Source: Trichosphaerium sp. ATCC 40318 (taxonomy: Eukaryota; Protista; Tubulinea). From it: a DNA stretch of 64,000 bases. Location: the NCBI GenBank assembly GCA_038496445.1, contig JALMLS010000505.1, forward strand, positions 82,500-146,499. The letters run 5' to 3'. Under the pieces are notes generated by a model. It searched no databases. It was given only the letters and a program-made list of their open reading frames with translations, and was not told the DNA's origin. Below, piece after piece: positions 13,527-28,751 of the stretch (its first letter is position 1; each line of letters opens with the position of its first letter). Both the position numbers and the translations under genes were made by a program.

Positions 13527-14497
13527 TTACAAAATTATACTTAACAGTGCTACAAAAGAAACACAAAACAAAAGATTGATAGAATTCAATTTTTGTGAAG
13601 ATGAACCTGGTGGAGTTACAGGAGATTGTGTTGGAATGGCAGTTGGATCTGCTGTTGGTGCAATTGTTGGCGTTACTGTTGATAGTGATATTGGAAACAC
13701 AGGAGCCAAGTTTGTAGGTGGCATACTTGGAGACACTGTTGTTGGCGTTAGTGTTGTAGGAGCTAACGTGGTAGGGCTTAGATTTGTGGGAGTTTGTGTT
13801 GTTGGTATCATTGGAGGTTGAGTGGTTGGAGGTAGCGTGGTTGGAGGTAAAGTTGTAGGAGGTAAAGTGGTTGGAGGTAGCGTGGTTGGAGCTAACGTTG
13901 TAGGAGGTAGAGTGGTTGGAGGGAGCGTGGTTGGAGGTAGAGTGGTTGGAGCTAACGTTGTAGGAGGTAAAGTGGTTGGAGGTAGCGTGGTTGGTGCTAA
14001 TGTTGTATCTATGTTATATTTCACTACAAATAAACCTGGAGGATGGACTGTTGGTGGTATGTCGAAACTATCAAAAAGGTAAACGCCGGCGTCAAAATTT
14101 GGTAATTGCGCACCCGAATGTTGTTGCATTGAAGAAAGGATTTATGGGAGCATTGGTGAAATTAGAAGAAACCAAAGAGATACCTAAGTTAAAGCGTTAG
14201 TTTAGTGATACCTGTGTTGCCATGACACAAAACAGAGAAGGTAATAATAAAATCAAACTAAAAATACTTCACATATTTATTCTAAAACAGTTTAATGTGT
14301 ATACCTTCAACTATTGATGCCTCCATAACACATCTAACAATAACCGGCAAGCTTGCACTTTGCGCAATACTGGCAACGTGTATGCAACAAGAGCGAGGGC
14401 CAACTTGAGCACTGTACTCTATTGATGCATCGGAAACAATAAAATCAGGGTTGTTTGGTTCCGAAAGAATAGTTTCGTTAGTACTTACACCACGCAT
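13527..14497 (-). CDS. Secreted or surface mucin-like Thr/Pro-rich glycoprotein with hydrophobic C-terminus (GPI-signal-like)
   Basis: Spliced model MRG-STVLKLALALVAYT-CVMEASIVEG-ISLVSSNFTNAPINPFFNATTFG-FDIPP..., then (PTTL[P/A])n, ending SSSQKLNSINLLFCVSFVALLSIIL*. Confidence 0.7.
13815..14005 (-). repeat. 15-bp coding minisatellite encoding PTTL(P/A), about 12 units
   Basis: Repeated gtggttggaggtagc / gttgtaggaggtaaa units. Confidence 0.9.
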
Positions 14498-14621
14498 GTT
14501 TTAGTTTTAGTGTTACAGTGCTAAAACATATTTTAGTGACATTTAGAAGAAGAGCAAGTGCTTTCATGGTTTTACAGGTAAGAGTTGTGTTATTTTTAGG
14601 TAATTTGCGACTAGTTTCTCC

Positions 14622-14783
14622 GGGGTTTCCTAAAATGGCGACAAAAAAGTAGAACAAATGTCGAAGTGATATTGAACTGTTCGCCACAAAGGAGACAACT
14701 GGGGTATGGCGCTCAGTCGCCGCTAGGCTCTGCCCCCCCGAACCCCCTTTTTAAATAGTTCCTATGGCATAATATAGGATAAA
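14622..14783. repeat. Dispersed ~160-bp GC-rich structured repeat, copy 1
   Basis: Core aacaaatgtcgaagtgatattgaactgttcgccacaaagg...ggcgctcagtcgccgctaggctctgcccccc...aaatagttcctatg.cataatataggataaa is nearly identical to 57301-57444. Confidence 0.85.
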
Positions 14784-14887
14784 TAGTCAATTGTCGGCCG
14801 ACTTTTTTGACTTTTTTTTTTCAAAATTTTCAATTTGGGCTTCCACTTCGAAAGAATTTCGTCAATACAATGACTCGCGGTAATTAA

Positions 14888-15280
14888 CGAGTTTTCAAAT
14901 CGAATAAATACTCATATTCGTATTCGAATATGTGTTTGTTGTAATTAAAAATTGGTTGCAACTGCACTGGTTGTAGCCAGCTAAGAAAAATACGAAGGCT
15001 GGTTCTGTGTTTTTTCCCCCCCGTCATGCGTTCTTACGTAAAAGCTCTAAACAACACTCTCATAGTTTTTTCTACCCGCAGAGATGCAAGAAATAAAGGT
15101 TTTGTGGTGTTTGGTGAGCGAACTATTTGTCCCATAAAGGCAATTGCACCTAATAAAACAATATTTTATGCTGTTGTCAAAACTTTTATTTTAGCGATTT
15201 TCGACTCAAAAATGAACCTATTTTGGTTCATCGATTTTTGAGATCGAATACGAATATGTGTTTATTCGTTTGGAACATCG
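14888..15280. mobile_element. Putative MITE-like element with ~40-bp imperfect terminal inverted repeats
   Basis: 14888-14927 cgagttttcaaatcgaataaatactcatattcgtattcga versus the reverse complement of 15244-15280, cgatgttccaaacgaataaacacatattcgtattcga. No coding capacity; target-site duplication not identified. Confidence 0.45.
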
Positions 15281-15732
15281 GTACTTGTAAGTTCAAGGAA
15301 GGCACAGTAGGGGTCAACGTTACAATTCAACACCCAGGAAGCGCATTCCATATGACATCCCATACGCCAGAAACATACCACAACAAACTGAGAATTTAGT
15401 TGCACGTGTTAAATCCGCTAAACTTGATAGGACTAATTTTTTCAATGAAGCAATTTTTTGTAGTTTCGGCTTTCAGCTGCTAAACAGTCTGAATTCTCTA
15501 TCGGGCGTTAGTTATGCTAAAGAGGTACAGCAAGTATCTAAACGACAGACTTTTTCGGTCAATCTGGAGTTAAGTGTCTTAAAACCCAAACTACGTACAC
15601 CAAACATAGCCCACGCTATTACCGTGACAGTTCAAATAAATTTAGTGAAGTAGAGCGAATCTCCGTACGTGTCGTACCCAGATATCGTGGTTACGCTTAT
15701 TAGTGTTTACAATAAAATTATATAGTACTGTG

Positions 15733-17408
15733 ATGAAGAGTAGCGCTGCCGAGTTAATGAAACGTTACAATACGCTAGCAGAACAGCTAGATGATCTTGG
15801 ACAACGCGTTGTTCGCGTCCAAGGTACGTGAGTTGCAATACCGGCAAGTTAATGCTGTCTAGAGATTGAAATTAAAATGAGCAGCTTTAATATGGCTCTT
15901 AAAGAAGCAAACGATGTTAGTCATCAGCTAAAGCAAGCCGAAGACAAGATAAAAGAAAAGCGACCAATTTTGGTACAATAATATTCTACATCAGTTATTC
16001 CACCTGTGGATATACCCAACGCATTGTTATCGGGCAACTTTTATCCCAAATGTTTTCGTTAAACTGTAACCACCCTATCTTCTTTGAAATTCTATCAAGT
16101 GCTAGTTTATCAAACCGGCGTCCTAGCTTCACTTCTGGCGCACAAATTTTAACTAAGTTATAGATCAAATGTAAGAGGTTGAGAGAACAAAGCACGAAAC
16201 TGAAATCAGCGTATTACGAGCTGCAGCAAACTTATTCGCAGCGTGAGAAACATTTGGTAGAACTTACACATAAGCTGAGAGGCTATTTTATTGCTTCAAG
16301 ATGCTTAGTGGATATGCAACTACCTGCGTCTATTAGAATAGCAAGTGGGATGCAACCGAGAATGCTTCGTAGAGCACGTGTTCGTCAGCTTGTGCCACTT
16401 GCTTGTAAGTAGTATTTCTGTCTTTTTATGTATTTTTTTCTCTTGTGTCTGTATTTCTCGAAAAAAAACCCGTTTATTGTGTCTTTCAAGTTAAACATTA
16501 CCTCTTGATTAGCTTGTGATTACTTTATAATAATTTTTGAATTATCAACTAAGGTGATTTATTTTGAATGACACATGATTGCAAATTGTATTGTTTTATT
16601 TTTCTTAGTTTTTACTGTTTATTTATAGATCGTAAAGTGCGACTAGATGACGTTACAGAACACTTAGAAAAAGACATTGCCGATATGGAAGAACAAAAGG
16701 CAGCATTGCACGTATTGATTATTTTCCAACGGCGAAAATTTATTGACAACAGCTTGTTAACGTTGACGTAGTGAAAACAGTATAGAGGGGTGCAAATTCA
16801 CAGAAGAAGAGGCAGACAAAGCATTGTCGAGAATACCAGAATTAGAAAGACTTACAAGACATCATCATTTGTTGTATGGATCAGCTATAGCTGAGGTAGA
16901 GACATCATATTTACTTCTACAAAAAAAACTGACCAAAAAAAAACTGTTTTAAAAGGGTTCTTCATTAGAGTTATTATTGCGCTCTCAATTTACTTTCTTC
17001 TATCAAATTACCAAGAATGAATCAACTAGCTACCATTTTTGGCAAGAGGAAATATTTTGCGGCTATAGCGCAGCATTTATCATGCCGTTTCATAAATTTT
17101 TTTTTCCAACTCTCAGTGTTTTCCATACTTGCTATTTACTGATGTTCCTTTCTTTAGCTAGACAAAATTAGAGAGGCTGAGCATAACTATGTTGATTTAA
17201 AAGATTATTATGCGCGTATACTGAAATTATACAATGGCCTTGAGCGTAAGCTAGTAAACATTTATTTTTTCATTAAATCCAAATTATACACTAAATTGTA
17301 CTTCTTTTAATAGGTGATCTGATACAAATTAATTCTGATATTGCTTTTCTTGAACAGGATGAGCTCACAAAAAAATACCAAGAGAACCAGCCAATTGTAT
17401 TGAATTAA
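15733..17408 (+). CDS. Hypothetical coiled-coil protein
   Basis: Spliced heptad-rich exons MKSSAAELMKRYNTLAEQLDDLGQRVVRVQ / IEIKMSSFNMALKEANDVSHQLKQAEDKIKEK / LREQSTKLKSAYYELQQ... with canonical splice sites; stop at 17408. Confidence 0.65.
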
Positions 17409-17560
17409 CAGATTACCACATCAGCATATGTTGGAAAACGGAGAATAAAAGATAAGAACTAATAAATAATAAACACAAGTTTTGTGTACATGTGTTTTTA
17501 TTTGATCCATACTTTCAACACATGGCATTGTCACAATGAACAAAAAAAAATGAATTATAG

Positions 17561-20433
17561 CTACAATGCTTTGGCAGGTACTTCAGTAGTGCTATTTTCT
17601 TTTGAGTTCGAAGGCCTAGGTAGATAATTAGGGATACAAAATAATGAAAAAAAATGAAAGAATACGTCAGTTCTATTCGTTCAAATTCTACTGTGTCTTG
17701 TCCCGCAATAAACACCATCATTTTTATTCGCATATATAAAACAGTATATTCAAGGCAACGAGAGAAAATAAAGTGACATGTCGCTTAAATGATTTGTTGA
17801 TGTGTCAAGTTATTTTGACGATTTTTTTTACAAAATGATCAAATTGAAGAAAAAAATGAGAAAGGTAACTGCAGACTTACTCTGGTTCCTCCATATTCCT
17901 CAAACCAATACAAGTAACAGCATGGCAGAAAAAGTATGGTAATAAGAAAGATACAAATGTTAAACATCCAGGACCAAAGAATCCTCTGTATAAAAATGGG
18001 AATATTGTAGGACCATGTTGGATTGCTAGGTTACTTGCTATCAAGCATAAAATATTCATACCAACTACAAACGTTGATGAAAGTGCAGCTACAGGTGATT
18101 TGAGTAGACCAGGGTTCTAAGTAGTGATAAAAATGGTCAGTGAACATGTGCATAAAAAATTAAAGAAGTTTGGAATTTTTGTGTTCATTAAACATTTTTA
18201 ACTGTACCTTTGCAAAGTATGCGGAGATAGGATACTCTATCGAAACAAAGAAACATTGGAAAGCAGACCAAGTGAGCTAGTTTGCCAAAAAAATGAGACG
18301 TGACTTGTTGAGAAATGTAAAGAAAAAGATTACTAACCCATTTCGCATTGAGATCATGCCACACGCCAGCGAAAACAAATGCAACACAAATTGCGAACAG
18401 CTATTAAAATAGATTAATCAACCTGGAATAAATGCATGGTGGCTTTAGAAAGGAAAGAAATTGTTTGAGGAAGAGTTTTAGAAGAAAAAGTTGATAAAAC
18501 AAAACATACAGGATTGTTACGTCCACCAAGAGGAATATACACATATTTCACAATCCATCTATTAAAACTTGCGTGCCAGTTTCTCCAAAATAATCTGAAC
18601 GACATACTGAATGTAATACAACCTTTTAAAAGAATAAATAAGCAACAAGACAAGCACAATTAGGTTGATGGTTTTTCAGTTTTTTGTTCTTTCGAAACTG
18701 AGCGTACTTGTCATATTCTCAGGTACCCAAATACCATCAAGTAAAGCGAATGCGCGTGAGAATCTCCAAATAATAAGGAATTTCATGTACATGAAATGAA
18801 GTGTAAAGTAACATGTCAAAGCTACACCATAACTATCCATTCTGAAATAAAAAAAGTAAATACATTTTTCTTGTTTTTTCAGGCTACATACGCTCTCCAC
18901 ATGCCATGTTCGTTGAATGAATACAAGTAAATATAATGCAACATGACTTCTACAAGAAACATATAAACACTGGTCTAAAGGTACGTGTTACAAGACATGG
19001 AGTTCAACACTTAGTACCTTTACAAACATGAATAAAACAGACATCAATGGTACCTTCGTCTGAGGTTTCTTGACCTTAACAACCATGTTAACATTATGTC
19101 ATGATTACTATCATGGATAAACGTACATTATTTACAAACTCTGGAAACGTGGTAATAGGTCCAGCAAGGTACAACGGAAAATAGAAGCAATAAGCTAAAA
19201 CATAAAAAATATTGAAATCTGATGGCTCAACTTCAAGTAACTTGTTTTCTTTGGGAATACCCTTGGTATCTGGGTTCTTAATACGAAGATTCTGCCACCT
19301 ATACTCCATTGCAAAACTAATAACACGAAGGAATATCATCTTATAATAAACATGCCAAGATCCGTAAAGAAGACCTTTCCAACCCTAAAACGAAAATAAA
19401 CAAAAACCAAGCACAATCTGTTGTCTCAGGCGTCCGAATACATTAAGATTTTACGTACAAATAAAGGAAAGCGCATAGCAAGATGTTGAGGATAGTAATA
19501 TGCAAGGAGTAATGGTATAAGTGAGAAAACCCAGTTCACTGGTGGGTATGTTGTAATTGCTGTAGCCAATATATACGCAGCAACAACAAGAGCAAGGTTA
19601 CAAAAAGCACCAGCTCCAAACAATACAAAGTTTGCCGCAACACCAACAATGACATAGTACTAAATAACGAAGAGAGGGTGTCAGTGAATAATAAAACAGC
19701 GATAGATGAGGAAAACAAGAAAGAAAACTCAAATGGTTACAGTTCAAAGCGTTCAAATTCGTTGGCTTTTTTTTGTTCCCAGCTCACAGAAAATACTGTT
19801 TTATAGCGAAATAAAACGCGAGGACTTTTGAAAGGTGGTGGGTGGAAAAGGTATGATTTGAACGACTTGTGCTGTAGATTTTCTCTTTTTTTTTTGTTGA
19901 CATTTTGACACATTGCTGACAAAATGTTTCAACAAAAAACCGTTGATGGCTGTTCCTGTGAACTACAAAATAAGTTTTACGTGTCACGTACACCTAAGAG
20001 AATATGTCTATTTGTGTATTGACGCAATAATCTACTGACTAACACAAATGCGAGTGTTGCTCCACTGTAAAGCATAAAATGTCCTCTGTAACTTTTGTAT
20101 TGGTGATCAGATAGATCCATTATGCGATTTTCTATTAAACGTTAAAAGATAACGTCCATACACCTTGTATGCGACGTCTTGCGCAGTCACGTACTGAATA
20201 ACCACCCTGCACGAAATCCAGCGCGGTAGCGCAACTCTTCTGGCTGTTCTTTTTAAAAACGTTAACAAGGAGTTGGCAGAGTTTGTTATAATACCTTGGG
20301 ATACTTTGTAGCAGAGATAAAGGAACATTATATTGCAGAACACATCAAACAGCGTCCAATACAACATGGGACCAATAGCGAGTCCAAAAACTCGCGCAGG
20401 TGCCAAGTCCATTACAAGGCGCTTAAAACTCAT
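17561..20433 (-). CDS. MBOAT-family O-acyltransferase (GUP1/HHAT-like)
   Basis: Motifs [69 protein letters not shown] and FAGVWHD (catalytic His). Last exon inferred to end ...EVPAKAL* at 17561. Confidence 0.9.
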
Positions 20434-21277
20434 TTTATGCGTTGCCTTTTGCTAACTATAACGCAAATATGTGTAATGGCGCGGTTTAGATTAGATTTTG
20501 ATTGTTTGAATCCTTTTTTGCACAATTGTTTTACACGGTTGACTTTGTTTGCCATTTGTTAGAGCCGGTTGGCACTTTACCTACTTGAAATCAACGTTTA
20601 ACAAGACTATAAACGAACTTGGCTTCATTTCTTACTCCACTGAGTGTACTTGGTCTTTCATACTGCTCACTATTAGGTCAGTGCGCAAGCGGTTGTTACC
20701 AGAACAAGCCAGCCTAGCATACGCCCACAGTTTTGAATATTTCCAAATTTCTCGTGTATTTGACATTTTTCAAAAAAGGATTCGTAATAACACCCAACGA
20801 ACTGTTCCCAACTTTAAAATCTACAAATAGTGCCGTACGATATTCAAATATGCCACTCGCACTTGTTTGGGATGTATCAGACTCTCTTGTACCTTTTTCA
20901 TTTGATAGGTTCGGACTTGGCGTTAAAACCCTATGTACGGCATGACGGGATCTTAGAGTACGTTTCGTTGGTTTATGTACCGTTTTCTTAGTCTGTAGTT
21001 TTTTTTAAAAGTTGTCTTTTACGGCATCAACAATACCATACGCGCACGTACGCTCTTTGACTTGCTTACTAGCTAGAAGACTTGAAAACCCAACTGACAC
21101 CAACCTTCAGCATTAACAACATTTACCGCATTAATTATTGGCTGTTACGCAACAACAAGCACTGGAGCGCACAAGGAGCGAACGCGCCTTAAAACCGACC
21201 GTTAAGGACGATAAGCGCTCATTTGTTCACCAAAAGCGTCATTAAACGCACTTTATCAAAACTACCTTTAAAACATC

Positions 21278-24290
<3,013 letters not shown>

Positions 24291-24558
24291 AAAAAAGTTG
24301 AAAAAGAAATAAATCTCCAGTTGTACAAACTATGGCGCAAAGTTATCTGTCGCTTTCTACCTATGAGTGTTGTATTCCCTTCTTTTGTAGGTCACCCGAA
24401 CCTGCGTGTAAGGGAGAACGTTTTGGAAGTGACTTGTCATATGACGTGACTCTTCATTCTATGAGTAGTGACATAACGGTTTATTTAGTCACGTGTTTTC
24501 TTATATTTTACGCTTTTAATATTACTAAACGCATCATACGATCAACACATCAACTTAT

Positions 24559-25523
24559 ATGGAACCACACGCTAATGGGATAATTGATGGTGATCACATT
24601 CCAATCGAGATATGGGTTACGGTCCTTAATTTTGTACCTGACAAGTACCTACTACGTGTCGAGCTTGTGTGTACTTTATTTTTGTGTATTTTGAGAGATT
24701 ATTTTGGCTGTAAACCGCCTACTGTTGTTAAAAGAATCAACAGCAAGAAACAGTTGAAAAAACTTCATAAACGAAAGAGTTTTTTTCATTTAAACATATG
24801 CCAAGTTGAGATTAATTACGAAATGAAGGCAAAACACTTTAAGAAATATCTGATTGGAGTGTTTTCTATTCGTTGCATTTATAAATGTGTGAATGAGAAC
24901 TTCGTCAAAGCATTGGCTGGAGTTCATACAATTAACCTTTCTGGTACTAGTGTGACAGATGAAGGTGTCAAAGCACTGGCTGGCGTTCATACTATTGATC
25001 TTTCAAGTGCAAGATATGTTACAGATGAAGGTATCAAAGCATTATCAGGTGTTCATACTATTAATCTGTTTTGTACCAAAGTAAAAGATAGAGGTGTCAT
25101 AGCATTGGCCGGAGTTCATACAATTAATCTTTGTTATACTGCTGTTACAGATACAGGTGTCAAAGTATTAGGTGGAGTTCATACAATTAATCTTTTGGCT
25201 ACTAAAGTTACAGATGAAGGGTCAAAGCATTATCAGGTGTTCATACAATTAATCTCTGTAAAACTGGCGTGACAGACGAAGGTATCATAGCATTGGCTGG
25301 AGTTCATTCAATTAATTTGTCCCAAACAGCAGTGACAAATAGAGGTGTCAGAGCATTATCAGGTGTTCATACAATTATTCTTTCTGGTACTAGTGTGACA
25401 CGTGACGGTATTGAAGCATTGGCTGGAGTACGTAAAGTTGACTTTTCTTATACTCCCTTTTATTATTATGATGGTTTCATTAAGTTAACAAATATTACTC
25501 ATGAATTTCTTTACGAACAATGA
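24559..25523 (+). pseudogene. Intronless F-box + 21/22-aa leucine-rich-repeat gene with a 1-nt frameshift
   Basis: F-box DHIPIEIWVTVLNFVPDKYLLRVELVCTLF and ~9 repeats of VHTINLSGTSVTDEGVKALAG. At 25220, gatgaagg-gtcaaagca lacks the T of the repeat consensus gatgaaggtgtcaaagca, splitting ORFs 24559-25272 and 25269-25523. Confidence 0.8.
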
Positions 25524-25799
25524 AGTCTATTGCTTTGTTGGCTTGAACCTAACATGGCGTGTATGATTCATGAGCTAATAGTGCAACAGTATGTTTATTG
25601 TAATATAAAACCACATTTTGTAATCGGACTAGAAAAAAGGTGTGTAAGTTTTCAATCATTGGGTACTGGCTGTTTCGAAAAAAGTGTTGCACTTTCTTGT
25701 TAACTGTGTAGCACAAATATTGCAATATTTGTTTCGATAGGAGAAGCTATCCTGGGTTTTAAACGATTGGAATGGTTTTATTTATTACAAAATTCTATC

Positions 25800-28066
25800 T
25801 TATTTTAGGTTGTCTAAACATCGATTGACATGTGCGCTGACCTCGTTTGGAGATCCTTTAATACTTGTCATGCACAAAGGACAGGAAACTGCCTTTACAT
25901 TATTGTCTTCCTTTGTCAAATCAAGTATGATTTTGGGCTTCTTTTCAGGTGACAACTTTTGTTTTTTCAACGGACTTTTTCTTTTTAGTTGTACAGTGTC
26001 TGTTGGTCTTGATCTCTTTGTAGCTATAACAGATCATTAAAACAGTTTATCAATATTAGTTATAAAGATAGGTATCGTACATGTCTTTGGAGGAGAATAT
26101 CTAACACCTGAGGTAACACGTGATTTCTCACGAGGTGAAACATAACGTTCTGCTTGTGGTATAAATTCTAAAACTTTTTTTTCATTTAACAAGTTCCAAA
26201 TCACGTGCTCTGCAGTTTTTTTTGTTTTAGGTAATTTCAGTTCTTTTATATACATCTCATACTTCTTTATTTTTTCCCACAAGCTTCGCAATACGTTTGA
26301 TGTTTCTTGTGGGTTATTTGTTGTCAAGAGCTTGAAGTTTTTGTTTGATGAGATGTCAGCGCAGAGTTGTTTGTATTTTTTTCTAGCTTCAATTATATCG
26401 CTGTGTAGGAATCGTATTGAGTCTAAAAAGGTGTCCAATCAGATAACATATTATTTATGATAAGTCATGCTGTTCTCTCTGGACATGAAGAAAGCTTCAA
26501 AGAACGATTCAAAAGTACAATTTAAGTTAGTTTAATTTATAAACGTACTGAACTCTGGGTTACCCTCAAATAAGAAAAATATTTGCACAAGTGGGTTTTT
26601 TTGCTTATAAGATATTAAACGGGCTTTTTGTTTTTCATAACGTCCATCTATTAGTGATGCTTGGATATCTAAACAAAAAAAGAGTTTTAGAATTCATTCT
26701 TTATCCAAAAAATACCTTTAAAGGTCTTTCTCTCAATGACAAAAGGTAGTTTATACACGTCATCTGTACTGTCTTTATATACAATATCGTAATCACCAAT
26801 TGGAAGTAGATATGTTTCATGACTAACGTTTACTTCTACGCCAAAAGTCAAACACCAAAACGAATAATAAAAAACCGCTTTTGAGAACTTAACTCACTCT
26901 TAAGTTTGGCATGTATTTCATACAACTTCTTTCCTTGGCCACCTTCACGTTCATCTACTCTAAGAACAATACCACTTTCATTATTATGTGAATACATTTC
27001 TAAAAATACTTTAGAGCCTGTGATGTGCAAACCAAGTTGGAGGTGTTTGCTACCTTTTCTAATTTTTGGTTTTGAATCTCTAAAACTCAGTATCCTTTTG
27101 GCAGCTTCTTTACCTGCTTCTGATAAACTGTATAACAGCTCATTCGTGGCAAATCTCTCTTTCAATAATTTGCCATAAGAAGGCCAACTTAATTGTACTA
27201 ACGACTTGCGTGCAAAGGACTACTAATTGTAAGTGCAGATTCTTCAATGGAAAAAAAAAGAAATGTAATCGCGTTGAACAAGAGTAAAAGAACTAAGCCT
27301 TCATTAAAAATTGTGACCAGAGCACAAACTGTTTACCATGCGACCATTTAACCCAAAATTGTAAGAAAGAGCATTTTTTCTCTTATTTTATGTGAATTAA
27401 TTAAATGTACCTTTGGGCTAACAATATCTTCTTCACATAACTGATTCGCAGCGTTGATCGCATCTCTACTAGTCATTTCATTATTATCTATGCATAATAA
27501 TTATTACACATGCCAATGGCCTTCGTACCATTATTGTATATAGCAACTATAAAAGCACTTGCTGCTTCCACAAACAACTTTTTCGGTTTTTCTCCAGATA
27601 CATCATCCTTTGTCTTAGCAAGTATCTACTCAACTATTACGTTATCTATACTCCTCAACAAAACTTACGTTAACCATACCACCTGTTAATACACCTCGTA
27701 GATGATTTTGATGTGATATAGATTTGGTACAAAGACCAAGAGAGGTGATCGCTTTTCGATACAAATCTTTTTTCTTTGTATTATTTTCTTTCATCTCTAC
27801 AGTTTAAGTTATTTATCGATGTTGGTAAAGAGATGCTCACCTAGTCTTATAAGCTGTCTCAAATACTTGAAACGTTGCTCTGCTTTTCCTATAAACTTGT
27901 ACGTCTGCCTTACTTTTGCTGTTGCAACAAGTCCCTTTCTTGGTATCGGTTTTTGACCTTCAACCTTTTTGACATTGAACTTGCCTCTTCACGTGACAGA
28001 AAAAAGTTAATTTACTTATTCGTGTCTACTCAAAATTCCAAGTAGATACGTACTTGTAGTATCCAT
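25800..28066 (-). CDS. MUS81: MUS81-like structure-specific endonuclease (winged helix + ERCC4) with C-terminal SIM-like motif and UBZ4-like zinc finger
   Basis: ERCC4 motifs IVLRVDERE, LPIGDYDIV, LPFVIERKT, DIQASLIDGRYEKQKARL, IFFLFEG. Winged-helix end YSLSEAGKEAAKRIL. C-terminus KIILDLTKED..VSCPLCMTSIKGSPNEVSAHVNRCLDNLK*. Confidence 0.75.
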
Positions 28067-28751
28067 ACGTTACATTTTTTTTGTACTTGCTCAAGAACGC
28101 GTACAATTTCCTTTTTTTAAACAGTTAGTAAAACGATTACGTCAAAGTTGCACTTCAACTCGAAACTACTAGCTAAAAATCACGTGTTTTGGCTGGCGCC
28201 TTTTGGACAAAAGTTTAGACACGAAACAGATTATTTTTGTAAAGTCAAACATGCCAATCCATATCGCTCAGAGTAGTGTAAACGTGCTATTTTTTGGGTA
28301 ATGCGTACTGACAATCAGATTTAGCCACGTAAAAACTAATTTGCTTTCTGTCGCTCGCCATGAAGTCTATTACCTTCGAAATGGGTGATGTGTTCGCCTG
28401 TAGAAAATAAAACCGTCAAAAAGTTGCTAATACTGTTTTTTTGTGGTTCCGGACTTGTTTTGGGTTAAATGCGGTACCATTAGGAATGATTGCACGCTTT
28501 CAGGCGTTTTTAACTTGCTAGACACCCAAAACTGATACTAACGTCACAAGAGCTACCACCAACGCATGGGCTGTCGCAAACCGTTGGTTTTAACCTGTAT
28601 TACAGCGAGGTTAAGTCACAAAAGGTGTACGTTATTCTAAGTTCGGTTACAATTCCACAAGGGTAATTTAATTTACATATTTTATTACTTTGCTCCCTTC
28701 GTGAGAGCGTATGTACATTACTTGTTTTAATACATGATCTGGAAAATCGGT

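Noticed and set aside
13498-14200. Plus-strand Gly/Val-rich ORFs
   Set aside because: Antisense shadows of the PTTLP repeat gene.
14650-14760. tRNA gene call for the dispersed repeat
   Set aside because: A/B-box-like motifs are present but I could not fold a convincing cloverleaf; kept as a repeat only.
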